DNA of 64,000 bases from Spirochaetia bacterium. GTDB taxonomy: Bacteria > Spirochaetota > Spirochaetia > DSM-2461. The translations under genes were made by a program, and so were the position numbers. The notes beneath the pieces are model-generated. The model was given only the letters and a program-made list of their open reading frames with translations, made no database searches and was not told the DNA's origin. This document shows positions 10,415 to 20,001 of this stretch, piece after piece. Within the stretch, counting starts at the first letter, position 1. Each line of letters starts with the position of its first letter. Location: NCBI GenBank assembly GCA_963666985.2, contig CAXXIA010000001.1:352001-416000 (forward strand). The letters run 5' to 3'.

Positions 10415-10813
10415 TCAAGTAATTTTCTTTAAAGCCTCTGAGCGTTTATTCGCCAGTTTCTGAAGTGTAATCCGATCCACGGCATGGCGTTCGTTGAACC
10501 CGTGGGCGATTACGCCCGTTTCATCGACCGCTTTCAAAGCGATTCTAATAATGTTGTCGACCACTTCCGTAACTCGCGCTTCTACGGTAATTGTCTCACC
10601 GGCCGGTGTCGGTTCTTCATGCGAAATCTGAATAAGGGCCGTAACGCTTGTAACGCCATCATTCAGAATCGAATCGAGAAGCTGCCATGATGTATTGAGC
10701 ATATAGCGGGTGAGGGCCGCGGTGGAAAGAAACCCGTCGAAAATATCGTTTTTTGCGATATCCCATTGAAGCGTTAAGGACTTGCCGTCCAGCTTTGTTT
10801 TCAAACTGGTCAT
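10415..10813 (-). CDS. Hot-dog fold thioesterase, FlK-like
   Basis: ISHEEPTPAGETITVEARV...DETGVIAHGFNER pattern; 132 aa; GGAGG RBS. Confidence 0.7.
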   Translation of the reverse strand: MTSLKTKLDGKSLTLQWDIAKNDIFDGFLSTAALTRYMLNTSWQLLDSILNDGVTSVTALIQISHEEPTPAGETITVEARVTEVVDNIIRIALKAVDETGVIAHGFNERHAVDRITLQKLANKRSEALKKIT

Positions 10814-10991
10814 AGAGGCCTCCTCACAAGCATATTCTAAGCTTCCTTCGGTGAGGCTTCCAGTTTCAAAAATGTGACTTTGCCAATTAAATCAAACGTG
10901 TTTCACGTTAGCGGAAAGATCGGTGTAAGATGAATTAAGACGATGCCGATCTTCCGTTAACCGGATCGAAAAGTAGTGGTATTCGCCTTGG

Positions 10992-11204
10992 TTAAAAAAT
11001 ATTTTCAGCCGATTGAGACGAAACGAGAAGCGAATCGAGGGAAGGCGGAACCGGTCCTTTCACAACACCCGGGTCCAGGCCTTTTTCCTTCATAAGGGCG
11101 GCGCCGATAGTCTCGGCCGGGATGCCCATGGAAAGAGCCCGATCCACCTTCGCACGTAATTCTAAAGCCGCGTTGATTGTTTTATTATCCACGACGGTTA
11201 CCAT
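10992..11204 (-). CDS. Small hypothetical protein (70 aa)
   Basis: Strong AAAGGAG RBS before ATG 11204 (MVTVVDNK...); fills the intergenic gap; no recognised motif. Confidence 0.55.
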   Translation of the reverse strand: MVTVVDNKTINAALELRAKVDRALSMGIPAETIGAALMKEKGLDPGVVKGPVPPSLDSLLVSSQSAENIF

Positions 11205-11318
11205 TCGATTCTCCTTTATCTGTTCGAACTGCCTCGTTGTTTTATTTTCGTCAGCTTTAAAGGCCGACATTACGAGAGAATCTCTTGGTCTTCCGATAAG
11301 TTTTTCTGGAAATCCGTC

Positions 11319-13685
11319 TCAATAAATGTTTTTATGAAGGGTTCGTATATCCGACGCGCTTTTCATTCTCCATAAACCCTCAATGATCCGATCGGAGCCT
11401 TCGAGTGTTATGATGCTTCGATGGAGGATGTCTTTTGACGATGTTCCCAGCATGATTTCGAATTCCCCCGCTTCAACGACACGTTTCCCGTCCACACGCG
11501 TAAATGAAAGCATGTCCGTGGGAATGGAAAAGGCCACTTCCAGGATTTCCTCCGCATCTACCGAAACACGCCGGAAAGCTTTCAATTCCATGAGAGGGCG
11601 AACAAGTGAGGCATAGCAGTCCCGAACATAGATCTGTATCACCTCTTCGCCTGATCGTTCTCCGAGATTTCGGATGCGGCAGCTTATCTCAACCGTTCCG
11701 TCAATCGGGATTACCGCAGATTCAAGCGCGATATCGGCAATTTGAAACTTTGTATACGATAATCCGAAGCCGAAGGGCCTGAGAGAACCGAATTCGGGCT
11801 GTATCGGAGTTCCCGGCGATTTGAATTTATGATTATAAAAGAACGGCATTGCCCCGGCCGATCGGGGAAAGGAAACAGGCAGTTTTCCTCCCGGATTCAC
11901 CTCGCCGAAGAGGACCCTGGCTATTGATGCCGCTCCCCGGCCGCCGGGCAGTCCGGCGTATAGAATGGCTGCCGATTCTTCATCCGCCCGCCCGAGACGG
12001 TAGGGGCGGCCGCTGGAAAGTACGGTAACTACGGGCTTCCCCGTATCCAGAAGAGCATTCAGCAGCTCCTCTTGAGGACCCGGCAGGGATAAAGATGATC
12101 TATCGGAACCTTCTCCAATGGTTCCGGTGAGAAAAAGACCGGAAAGATCGCCCACCATGGCGACGATGACATCGGCCTCCGAAACGATTTGAGCCGCTTC
12201 CGGGATTCTTGAGGTATCCGTGCTGATCCATGATTTCTGGGCACTGCCGTCCAGTCCCACTTCACCCGGAAAGACCGGAGCGCTGTCGGGACGTCCGATG
12301 AGAACGTCGCAGCCGCGTGTGTGAATCAGTTGATCGTCCAGCCGATTGGATAAGATGTCCTTTAATGTTTCCAAACGGTCCTCATCTTCGCTCTCACCGG
12401 CTGAAATTAAGTGAACAGGGAAGGAATAACCGTTGAGCATCGCAAGAGGATCGTCCGCCAGAGGGCCTGTTAAGGCGATTTTAAGACCCGGTTTCAGCGG
12501 TAGAATCCCGTTGTTTTTTAAGAGGACCATCGAGCGGTCGGCGGCTCTGAGAGAAAGATCGATGCTTTTTTCCGATCTCAGATGAACAGCTTCTTCGTTG
12601 ATGAAAGGATTATCCAGAAGGCCGAGTCTCGATTTTTCTTTGAGAATTCGTCTGACGGCTCTATCGATTACCGAGCCGTCGATAAGTCCTTTATCCATTG
12701 CCCGGGCAAGAGCTTTGCCGTATACCGTATCTCCGGGAAGTTCGATGTCGACCCCGGAACTTATGGCTGCCGCCGCCGCTTCTTCAAAGCCGCTTCTGGT
12801 TCTATGATCGGTATGGAGCTGCGCAATCCCTTCATAGTCCCCGACGACAAGGCCGTCGAATCCCCATTCTTTTCTCAAGATATCGTTGAGATAATAAGAT
12901 GATTCGTGCATGGGAATACCGTCGATGTCATGGTACGCGGGCATAACCGAACCGGCTCCCGCCAGTTTCACCGCCATTTCAAAGGGCAAAAGGAAGGTAT
13001 CGTTTAATTCCCTCATCCCGATCCGGACCGGAGCGTGGTTGCGTCCGCCTTCACTGAAGGAATGGCCGGCGAAATGCTTCAGCGTGGCGATGATACGGCG
13101 GTCCGAACCCTGAAGTCCTTTGACATAAGCACATCCCATGCAGCCGACGAGGTAAGAATCTTCACCGAAGCATTCTTCACTGCGTCCCCATCTGGGATCA
13201 CGGATAACGTCAAGAACCGGAGAAAGGGCCTGTCTTGAACCGACGGCCTGGACTTCGTCACCGATTGCGGCGGCGATATCCCGGACCATGTCTTCATCCC
13301 AGAGGGCGCCCATGTTGACCGAGGACGGAAAAATCGTGCCGCCGCGGGCCATCAGCCCGGCAAGGCACTCTTCATGCGGCAGAGCGGGAATGCCGAGCCG
13401 GGTCCGCTCCACAAGAAATTTCTGGATTCGGTTGAGACTTTTAACACCATCAATCGGATTGATGGGAGCGGCTCCCAGCGGTCTGGTAATTTGGCCGATT
13501 CCATTTTTCATGGCTTCGAAAGGATCCTCATTAGAGGATTCGTGCCGCAAGCCCGCGAGATTCTTTATGGAAATACCACCATCGGTATCGGTTATAAGCC
13601 AGATAGAGTGAAGCTGGGCAATTTTTTCGTCCCAAGTCATGCGGGAAACCAGGTTGGCTGCGCGTTGATCGTGTTGAATCATCAA
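11319..13685 (-). CDS. Glycoside hydrolase family 3 (beta-glucosidase/xylosidase) with C-terminal Fn3-like domain
   Basis: Motifs TRLGIP..HEECLAG, DPRWGRSEE.FGED, TLKHFAG, WGFDGLVVGDY, NPGGKLPVSFP, FGFGLSYT. Confidence 0.93.
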   Translation of the reverse strand: MMIQHDQRAANLVSRMTWDEKIAQLHSIWLITDTDGGISIKNLAGLRHESSNEDPFEAMKNGIGQITRPLGAAPINPIDGVKSLNRIQKFLVERTRLGIPALPHEECLAGLMARGGTIFPSSVNMGALWDEDMVRDIAAAIGDEVQAVGSRQALSPVLDVIRDPRWGRSEECFGEDSYLVGCMGCAYVKGLQGSDRRIIATLKHFAGHSFSEGGRNHAPVRIGMRELNDTFLLPFEMAVKLAGAGSVMPAYHDIDGIPMHESSYYLNDILRKEWGFDGLVVGDYEGIAQLHTDHRTRSGFEEAAAAAISSGVDIELPGDTVYGKALARAMDKGLIDGSVIDRAVRRILKEKSRLGLLDNPFINEEAVHLRSEKSIDLSLRAADRSMVLLKNNGILPLKPGLKIALTGPLADDPLAMLNGYSFPVHLISAGESEDEDRLETLKDILSNRLDDQLIHTRGCDVLIGRPDSAPVFPGEVGLDGSAQKSWISTDTSRIPEAAQIVSEADVIVAMVGDLSGLFLTGTIGEGSDRSSLSLPGPQEELLNALLDTGKPVVTVLSSGRPYRLGRADEESAAILYAGLPGGRGAASIARVLFGEVNPGGKLPVSFPRSAGAMPFFYNHKFKSPGTPIQPEFGSLRPFGFGLSYTKFQIADIALESAVIPIDGTVEISCRIRNLGERSGEEVIQIYVRDCYASLVRPLMELKAFRRVSVDAEEILEVAFSIPTDMLSFTRVDGKRVVEAGEFEIMLGTSSKDILHRSIITLEGSDRIIEGLWRMKSASDIRTLHKNIY

Positions 13686-13702
13686 TGACTCCTCGGTTTA
13701 CC

Positions 13703-14554
13703 TCATTCCTTGATGGAACCGAGGGCTACGCCGGCGATGATATACCTGGACAACAGGAAGTAAATTACGAATAAGGGGAGTACCGTAAGGGATAGTCCGA
13801 GATAAACGGAACCGTATTCGGTTCTATAAATATCTCCCCTGAGTAAGCTTACCATTATCGGCATGGTATATTTGCTTTTGTCGGTTAGAAGAATGAGCGG
13901 TCGGAATAAATCATTCCAGCTGAAAACAAACGAGAAAATTGCTTGAGTGGCCAAAGCCGGTTTCATGATTGGAATGATGATTCTGTTGAATGTGTATAAT
14001 TCTCCGGCGCCGTCAATACGGGCCGAATTAACAATGTCGAGCGATAAAGTCGCCAAGAGATACTGACGCATGAAGAAGACAACGGCGGGAGATGCTATGG
14101 CGGGAAGTATCAAAGGCCATAAACTGTTTGTCCATCCGATGCGGTACATGAACTGGTAGAATCCGATGGTTGAAACCTGCGCCGGAAGCATTAAAACCGC
14201 CATGATGAACGTAAAGAACGGCTGACGAAGTTTCCAGCTGTACGCTACCAATCCGTAGGCGGTTAAAGAAGAAAAATAGACGGCACAAAAGGTTGCCCCT
14301 GTGGATATTAAAAGAGAATTGATAAAGCCTACGAGCGGATTAAAACTTTTACTTAAAAGTATCTTCATGTTGTTCAGCAGATGAGTTGACGGTAAAAGGG
14401 CAACCGAACTCTGCTGAATCTCATAAGTTCCGCGTGTGGCATTAATGAACATTACCCAGAAAGGGAAAATCGATAGAATTGAGAGGAAAATGCAGACAAT
14501 ATAGACAATCGTTTTTGAAATGTTACGCGAAGTTTTCATGCTTTTCGAGATCAT
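13703..14554 (-). CDS. Carbohydrate (CUT1) ABC permease
   Basis: EAA-like motif SARIDGAGE...IIIPIMKP, and FSWND. Confidence 0.92.
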   Translation of the reverse strand: MISKSMKTSRNISKTIVYIVCIFLSILSIFPFWVMFINATRGTYEIQQSSVALLPSTHLLNNMKILLSKSFNPLVGFINSLLISTGATFCAVYFSSLTAYGLVAYSWKLRQPFFTFIMAVLMLPAQVSTIGFYQFMYRIGWTNSLWPLILPAIASPAVVFFMRQYLLATLSLDIVNSARIDGAGELYTFNRIIIPIMKPALATQAIFSFVFSWNDLFRPLILLTDKSKYTMPIMVSLLRGDIYRTEYGSVYLGLSLTVLPLFVIYFLLSRYIIAGVALGSIKE

Positions 14555-15522
14555 ACAGCCATCCCCTTTGCTGCGGCTTTTTGCATTTTTATCCGCGTTT
14601 TCTCATACTTTCTTTCCCGTATCGCTTCTTTATCACGCATGATGAAGAAAAGGATGCCTGAAAGAAGGGCAATAATAAGGAACATAATAAGACTGGCCGC
14701 CGACGCTCTGTTGTACAGATAACTGCCGCTGAAGGCTTGATTGAATATAAAAACACTCGTGGTTAACGTCTCTTGATTCGGTCCGCCCCAAAGATACAGT
14801 TTCGGAATATCGAACATCTGCAGTCCGCCGATTAAGCTGGTGACCAATGTGTAAAGTAAGATGGTTTTCAGCCTGGGCAGGGTGATGCGGAAAAAGATTT
14901 GTGAAGGGCTTGCGCCATCGATTTCAGCGGCTTCAAAGAGCGACGGATTAATTCCCAAAACTCCCGCGATGAGAATAATCATGGTATTCCCATACCACAT
15001 CCAGAATTGGATAAACGCAACCACTCCTTTTGAGGTCCAAGCTTGCTGATGAAAATTGGCGGGAGAATCATATATACCCAAAGCCATAAAAACATCGTTA
15101 ATAGGCCCTTTCGGATAGCCGAAAAGAGAGTTGAAAAGAATGGCGATCGTGGCCGCCGTAATGATATTGGGCATATAGATCAAGACTTTAAAAGCCCCTT
15201 GTCCTTTAACCTTGAGTCGGCTGTTTGTAAACCAAGCGGCTAAAAGAAGGGCCAGCAATATTTGAGGGATGAAATTCATAATCCAGATAATAAATGTTGT
15301 TGATAATGATTTTCGGAACGTCGCGTTATTAAGAATGATCTGGAAGTTTTCAAACGGTTTTTCCAGGATGTGAAACTCGGTCTTCGTAAGACCTCTCAGA
15401 TCCGTAAATCCGATAATCGTTGTAAAAATTACAGGATAAAGAGTAAAAATTAAAAAAGCCAATACGAAAGGTATAGAAAAGAAATATCCATATTTCGCGT
15501 AACTGACACCCTTGCGCCTCAT
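14551..15522 (-). CDS. Carbohydrate (CUT1) ABC permease
   Basis: EAA loop LFEAAEIDGAS..QIFFRITLP; ATGA overlap with the next permease. Confidence 0.92.
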   Translation of the reverse strand: MRRKGVSYAKYGYFFSIPFVLAFLIFTLYPVIFTTIIGFTDLRGLTKTEFHILEKPFENFQIILNNATFRKSLSTTFIIWIMNFIPQILLALLLAAWFTNSRLKVKGQGAFKVLIYMPNIITAATIAILFNSLFGYPKGPINDVFMALGIYDSPANFHQQAWTSKGVVAFIQFWMWYGNTMIILIAGVLGINPSLFEAAEIDGASPSQIFFRITLPRLKTILLYTLVTSLIGGLQMFDIPKLYLWGGPNQETLTTSVFIFNQAFSGSYLYNRASAASLIMFLIIALLSGILFFIMRDKEAIRERKYEKTRIKMQKAAAKGMAV

Positions 15523-15603
15523 AAACCAGATACCTCCATTGATACACCCCTGCGGCCGGCAGTTTTTTTCAACGACAGTCAGAAGATGTTTTCTCTTCTG
15601 ATG

Positions 15604-15643
15604 AAAAAGAAAGGCACGAGAATGGTATCATTCTCGTGCCTTT
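15604..15643 (-). terminator. Strong stem-loop between the binding-protein and permease genes (terminator or mRNA-stabilising hairpin)
   Basis: Perfect 15-bp stem AAAGGCACGAGAATG-GTAT-CATTCTCGTGCCTTT, followed by a T-run on the minus strand. Confidence 0.75.
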
Positions 15644-15656
15644 GCACATACGGTAA

Positions 15657-17006
15657 TTACTTGGAAGGAATAGCGAGGTTATCGGCGACTTGCTGCTTAA
15701 AGTCGGCAATAGCCTGTGCTCGGCTCTTATTGCCCGCAGAGTATTCGCGTACCTGATCCCGCCAGATCATGTTGATGGATTCGTCATACTGGTTTTTGTT
15801 CCGGCCGGTGGCAAAAGCGCCGGCGGGTACAAAGGCGTCGAACATGTTCTGTCCGCCGAGGAACGGAAGTGTACCGTCGGACATTTTCATAACGGTACCG
15901 GAGGCAACCGTGTCTTTTGTTCCGCCGGGGCCGTTGAGAGTACCGTTGGCCCAGTAGTACTGAAGACCGGTTTTGGAACTGTCGAGGGTAATCCATTCGA
16001 TGATTTCACCGACGGCATCTTTGACCTTGCTGTCTTTATTGGCGATCACCCAGGTACCGCCCCAGAAGAATCCCACGGGAGGTTCACAGACGGCCCAGTC
16101 GCCATAAGTGCCTTCGCCGGGAGCCGAACCGCCGCAGTTGCCGGCCATAACGTAGTTTATCAGCCATGCGGGACCGAAATAGCCGAAAATCGGCTGCGGG
16201 CCGGCGTCTTTCATGTCGGCGAACCACGCATCGGTCCAGTCACGAGTATCATTATGATAGCCTTTGTCCAGAAGTTCTTTGGCTATGTCCAGGAAGGCTT
16301 CTCTATCCGGATCGAGATACAGTTTACCGTCGACAACCCAGCCCTTCTTGGAGGCGCCTTCAACGGCATGCCAAATGTCGCCGTCGCCGGAAACGATACC
16401 GTAACCTTTGGCCTTCAGAGCCGCGGCGGCTTGGAAGAATTTATCCCAGCCCGGACCGACTTTGGTCTTAATCACGGCGGGATCGTCCGTTCCCCAGACA
16501 TCCTTGGCGATCGAACGGCGGTAAATGAACGCACCGCCGGTTGCCTGGTAACCCAGTCCGACGAGTTTCCCTGAACCGTTTGTTCCGATTTCAACGGTAT
16601 AGGGTGCAATCTCGGCTTTTTTCAGAAGTGTATCCACATCAATCCCGAGATCTTTATACGGCGCGGCGAATTGAGAGGCATCACCTTGGGTATACTTCAG
16701 AACGAACGCCGATTCCGCGCAGTAGAGGTCGGGCGCATCCGCACCGCCGCTCATAAGCGCCTGATCGAGAGCCGGCTGATAAGCTCCGTCGGTGGTGGCG
16801 ATGATGGTGGTTTTGATTTCATAGTCGAAATCGGGATTCATCTCTTTGTAGCGCGCCAGCATCTTGGGGACTTCGTCGGTGAAACTCCAGACGTTGATTA
16901 CCTTGGGACCTGCGGCCGCCGATGAGCCTTCATCACCGCCGTTGGCGAATACGACGCCGGTAGCCAGTAACGTGATGCTCATAATAACAAGCATGAGCTT
17001 TCTCAT
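15657..17006 (-). CDS. Oligosaccharide ABC substrate-binding protein
   Basis: Signal peptide MRKLML...VFANGG, INVWSFT, GFFWGGTW; AGGAGG RBS; upstream of two CUT1 permeases. Confidence 0.9.
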   Translation of the reverse strand: MRKLMLVIMSITLLATGVVFANGGDEGSSAAAGPKVINVWSFTDEVPKMLARYKEMNPDFDYEIKTTIIATTDGAYQPALDQALMSGGADAPDLYCAESAFVLKYTQGDASQFAAPYKDLGIDVDTLLKKAEIAPYTVEIGTNGSGKLVGLGYQATGGAFIYRRSIAKDVWGTDDPAVIKTKVGPGWDKFFQAAAALKAKGYGIVSGDGDIWHAVEGASKKGWVVDGKLYLDPDREAFLDIAKELLDKGYHNDTRDWTDAWFADMKDAGPQPIFGYFGPAWLINYVMAGNCGGSAPGEGTYGDWAVCEPPVGFFWGGTWVIANKDSKVKDAVGEIIEWITLDSSKTGLQYYWANGTLNGPGGTKDTVASGTVMKMSDGTLPFLGGQNMFDAFVPAGAFATGRNKNQYDESINMIWRDQVREYSAGNKSRAQAIADFKQQVADNLAIPSK

Positions 17007-17128
17007 TAGAATACCTCCTGTTTTTTTACGGATCTCCTTACGGAGTATCCTTAAAATCCAACAGTATTTTATGGGCGAGAAAACCCCTCCCGATAGGGGC
17101 GAAAATTCCGGTTTGCTTATAGGTGGAT

Positions 17129-17779
17129 TTACCTATGAGTGGCTTGAAACCAGGATACGGCGAATCGCCTGACATCGGCGCTGCTTTCCAGATTAAGCTT
17201 TTCTTTCAGGTGTTCCTGATAGGTGTTGACGGTTTTAACCGATAAAGCCAAGTTCCGGGCGATTTCCGTTGCGCCGAATCCTTGGCCGATGAATTCAAGG
17301 ACTTCCGTTTCGCGTTCGGAAAGGCGGTCTATAGGGGAATTCTCACCGTCTTTGGGCGCGGCAAACATCGATTCAAGAATCCTGTTGTTCATTCGTTCCG
17401 ATAAATAGACTCTTCCCGAAAGGACTGTTCGGATGGCTTCAAGAATTGTTTCGGGAGCTTCCTGTTTCATGACAAGTCCGCGGGCGCCGGCTTTCATGGA
17501 ACGTTCCGCGTAGACGATTTCATCATGCATCGTGACAATCAGGACCGGTACGTCCGGATGGATTTTTTTCATTGTCCGAACCAAATCCAGACCGTTGTCG
17601 TTTCGCAAAGAAATATCCACCAGAGCGATATCGGGAGTTAATTGTTCCAAAGATTTTAAGGCTTCTTCGGAACTGCCCGCCTCCGAGGCGACTTTATAAT
17701 CGGTTTGGCTGTGAATCAACGCGACCAATCCTTGCCTGAAAACCGGATGATCGTCCACAACAAGAAAGTGCCTGATCAT
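17129..17779 (-). CDS. NarL/LuxR-family response regulator
   Basis: Motifs VVDDHPVFRQG, DIALVDISL, and LuxR HTH LSERETEVL...LSVKTV. Confidence 0.93.
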   Translation of the reverse strand: MIRHFLVVDDHPVFRQGLVALIHSQTDYKVASEAGSSEEALKSLEQLTPDIALVDISLRNDNGLDLVRTMKKIHPDVPVLIVTMHDEIVYAERSMKAGARGLVMKQEAPETILEAIRTVLSGRVYLSERMNNRILESMFAAPKDGENSPIDRLSERETEVLEFIGQGFGATEIARNLALSVKTVNTYQEHLKEKLNLESSADVRRFAVSWFQATHR

Positions 17780-19875
17780 ATCGTGCCTCTGAGAACGGGG
17801 AGTGTATATCGGACGACGGTACCGGTGGTTCCGGTTTCTATTTTTAAATTTCCTCCGGTTTTCTCGGCTCTATACCGCATTATTTTCAATCCCATGCCGT
17901 CCACGGGTTTTTTTTGAGCAATGCCTTTTCCGTTGTCGGCCACCTCCGCGGTGAAAAACGGGGAACCTTCCGAATCGAAAGTATCCATAATACGGATTTG
18001 AATGCCGCTGCAGCCGCTGTGGCGGACCGAGTTGTGAAGGGCTTCCTGAATTATTCTGTAAATCTCCAAGGTTTGTTCCTTATCATCATCTTCCCATTGG
18101 GAATCAACGGTTACCGATACCGATATGCCCGAACTGGAATGAATCGCCTCGGCAAGAGCCTTGAGCGCCAAGAGAAGCCCTTCTTCCATAAGCCCGACGG
18201 GAAGGAGTCCTCTGGCGATGGCTTTGGTCCGTTCAATGGAATCCGCCAGAAGTTTATTAATTGTCGCGATACCGTCCCGGAGATTTCGGTCTTCGTTTTT
18301 GAGTCTGCTTTCCAAAACGCTGGTGTGCATGGCGATTCCCGCGAGGTATTGGCAGAGATCGTCATGCAGATCCTGACCGATACGCTCCATGGTTCGGCGG
18401 GATATTTCCGTAACTTCGGCCTCCAGGCGAATCCGTTTATCTATTTCTTTGCGGAGCATCCGGTTGGTTTCGGAGATTTGCCTGGTACGCCTGACCACTT
18501 CTTTTTCCAGACTCCGTTCATGTCCTCGGATTTGTTCCAGAAGCTGGGCCCCTTGAAGAGAACTCGCCAGCTGCATGGCCAGAATCTCATAAACATCGCC
18601 GCCCGAAGAGTCCGTGGGAAGAATGAGATAGCCCAGAGCATGATCCAGAAAGACCAAAGGTACGAGAATCCATATCTTTCCGGAACGCGCGGTGAGCAGT
18701 CCTTCGGGCAGAATCCGAGAAGCCGGAACGATGATTTTTTTCTTTGGAAAAACAGACGGTGCTTCTTCAATCAGATTATGGAGTATCCGTTCCGTTGAAT
18801 TTTCATCTCCGCCGTAGAGAACGAGAAATCCGTCGCCGAAACCGATTTTCCGGAGTCCTTCGCGAAGACGGGCAAGAAGAGCCGATGTTTCGAAGGTTTC
18901 GGAAAGTGAAAAGCCGATTTCCCTTAAGACTTTGCTTCGCTCTTTTTCTTCCAGGCGGCGGGTGGCTTGGATATGACTCTGCTGAAGATGTGAAGAGTCC
19001 TTTTCATTCTCTTCATGGGCGGCGCAGCCGCAAGATTGGCGATAAACCGGCCGGCAACCGAGATCGATATTTCGACGTTCTCCTCCTTTCATCATCAGCC
19101 GCAGTTCTTTCATAGCCTCCCGCCCCAGGTCTTTGAGCGGCTGGTGAACCGTTGTGAGAGGAGGATTCGAATACAGTGTTTCCTCAATTCCGTCAAATCC
19201 CGTCAGTGAGATGTCTTCGGGAACACGAATTCCTCTGCATTGGAGTTCCTTCATGGCGGCCAGAGCCATTCTATCGTTGAAACTGATAATGGCATCGGGC
19301 TTTATCGGTGATTCTAAAAACTTTGAGACGGCATCTCTGCCGGATTCGGGTTCGAATGTTCCGTTGAACAGCAGCCGCGGATCCAATGTCAAACCATGAT
19401 CCTTTAAGCGCTGTTCCACGGCCAGCCGGCGCTGTTCCGATTCAACATGCCACCGGGGCCCGGCGATTACGGCGATTCGGGAGCGATGGTGTACATCAAT
19501 AATATGGTCCACCAGCTCTCCGAGGGCATTCCGGTTATCCACACCGACATTGCCCGCGCCTTCCACCGGTACGCCTATGGAAACCATGGGGATAGCTCCG
19601 TGGGCGTCGAAGAGCCGCTGTATCCGTTCCCTTCCAGCATATGTTGAGATTGCTCCGGCGATAACAATCAGACCGCTGATGTTTTCCGGAGTCGCCATTT
19701 CATAAACGGCATTGGCCGCGGCTTCTTGAGCATCAGGCGAATCGATTCTTGAACCCAGAAAGCAGATGACGCTGTCGTCGCTCCGAGAGGCTTCTTCGGT
19801 AATGCCTTCCCATACGCCTTCTTGGTAGGAGTCGCTGAGTTCCGCCGTTAAAACGCCGATTTTTCTTCCTTTCAT
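17776..19875 (-). CDS. Histidine kinase (HisKA_3) with N-terminal LacI-type sugar-binding domain
   Basis: LacI-like segments VPEDISLTGFD, PPLTTVHQP, RQSCGC; H-box RIGQDLHDDLCQ; YRIIQEALHNSVRH; DNGKG; GMGL. No obvious transmembrane helix. Confidence 0.9.
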   Translation of the reverse strand: MKGRKIGVLTAELSDSYQEGVWEGITEEASRSDDSVICFLGSRIDSPDAQEAAANAVYEMATPENISGLIVIAGAISTYAGRERIQRLFDAHGAIPMVSIGVPVEGAGNVGVDNRNALGELVDHIIDVHHRSRIAVIAGPRWHVESEQRRLAVEQRLKDHGLTLDPRLLFNGTFEPESGRDAVSKFLESPIKPDAIISFNDRMALAAMKELQCRGIRVPEDISLTGFDGIEETLYSNPPLTTVHQPLKDLGREAMKELRLMMKGGERRNIDLGCRPVYRQSCGCAAHEENEKDSSHLQQSHIQATRRLEEKERSKVLREIGFSLSETFETSALLARLREGLRKIGFGDGFLVLYGGDENSTERILHNLIEEAPSVFPKKKIIVPASRILPEGLLTARSGKIWILVPLVFLDHALGYLILPTDSSGGDVYEILAMQLASSLQGAQLLEQIRGHERSLEKEVVRRTRQISETNRMLRKEIDKRIRLEAEVTEISRRTMERIGQDLHDDLCQYLAGIAMHTSVLESRLKNEDRNLRDGIATINKLLADSIERTKAIARGLLPVGLMEEGLLLALKALAEAIHSSSGISVSVTVDSQWEDDDKEQTLEIYRIIQEALHNSVRHSGCSGIQIRIMDTFDSEGSPFFTAEVADNGKGIAQKKPVDGMGLKIMRYRAEKTGGNLKIETGTTGTVVRYTLPVLRGTI

Positions 19876-20001
19876 TCCGACCCATGGTACGCCCGGATTG
19901 TCATATATTCAAATAAAAAGCTCCGGCGATGAAGCGCTTGGGGGAGTCTCGGGTTGAAAAAAGAGAGGCGGGCGGAAGCATTCACCGCATAAAGCGGCGG
20001 A

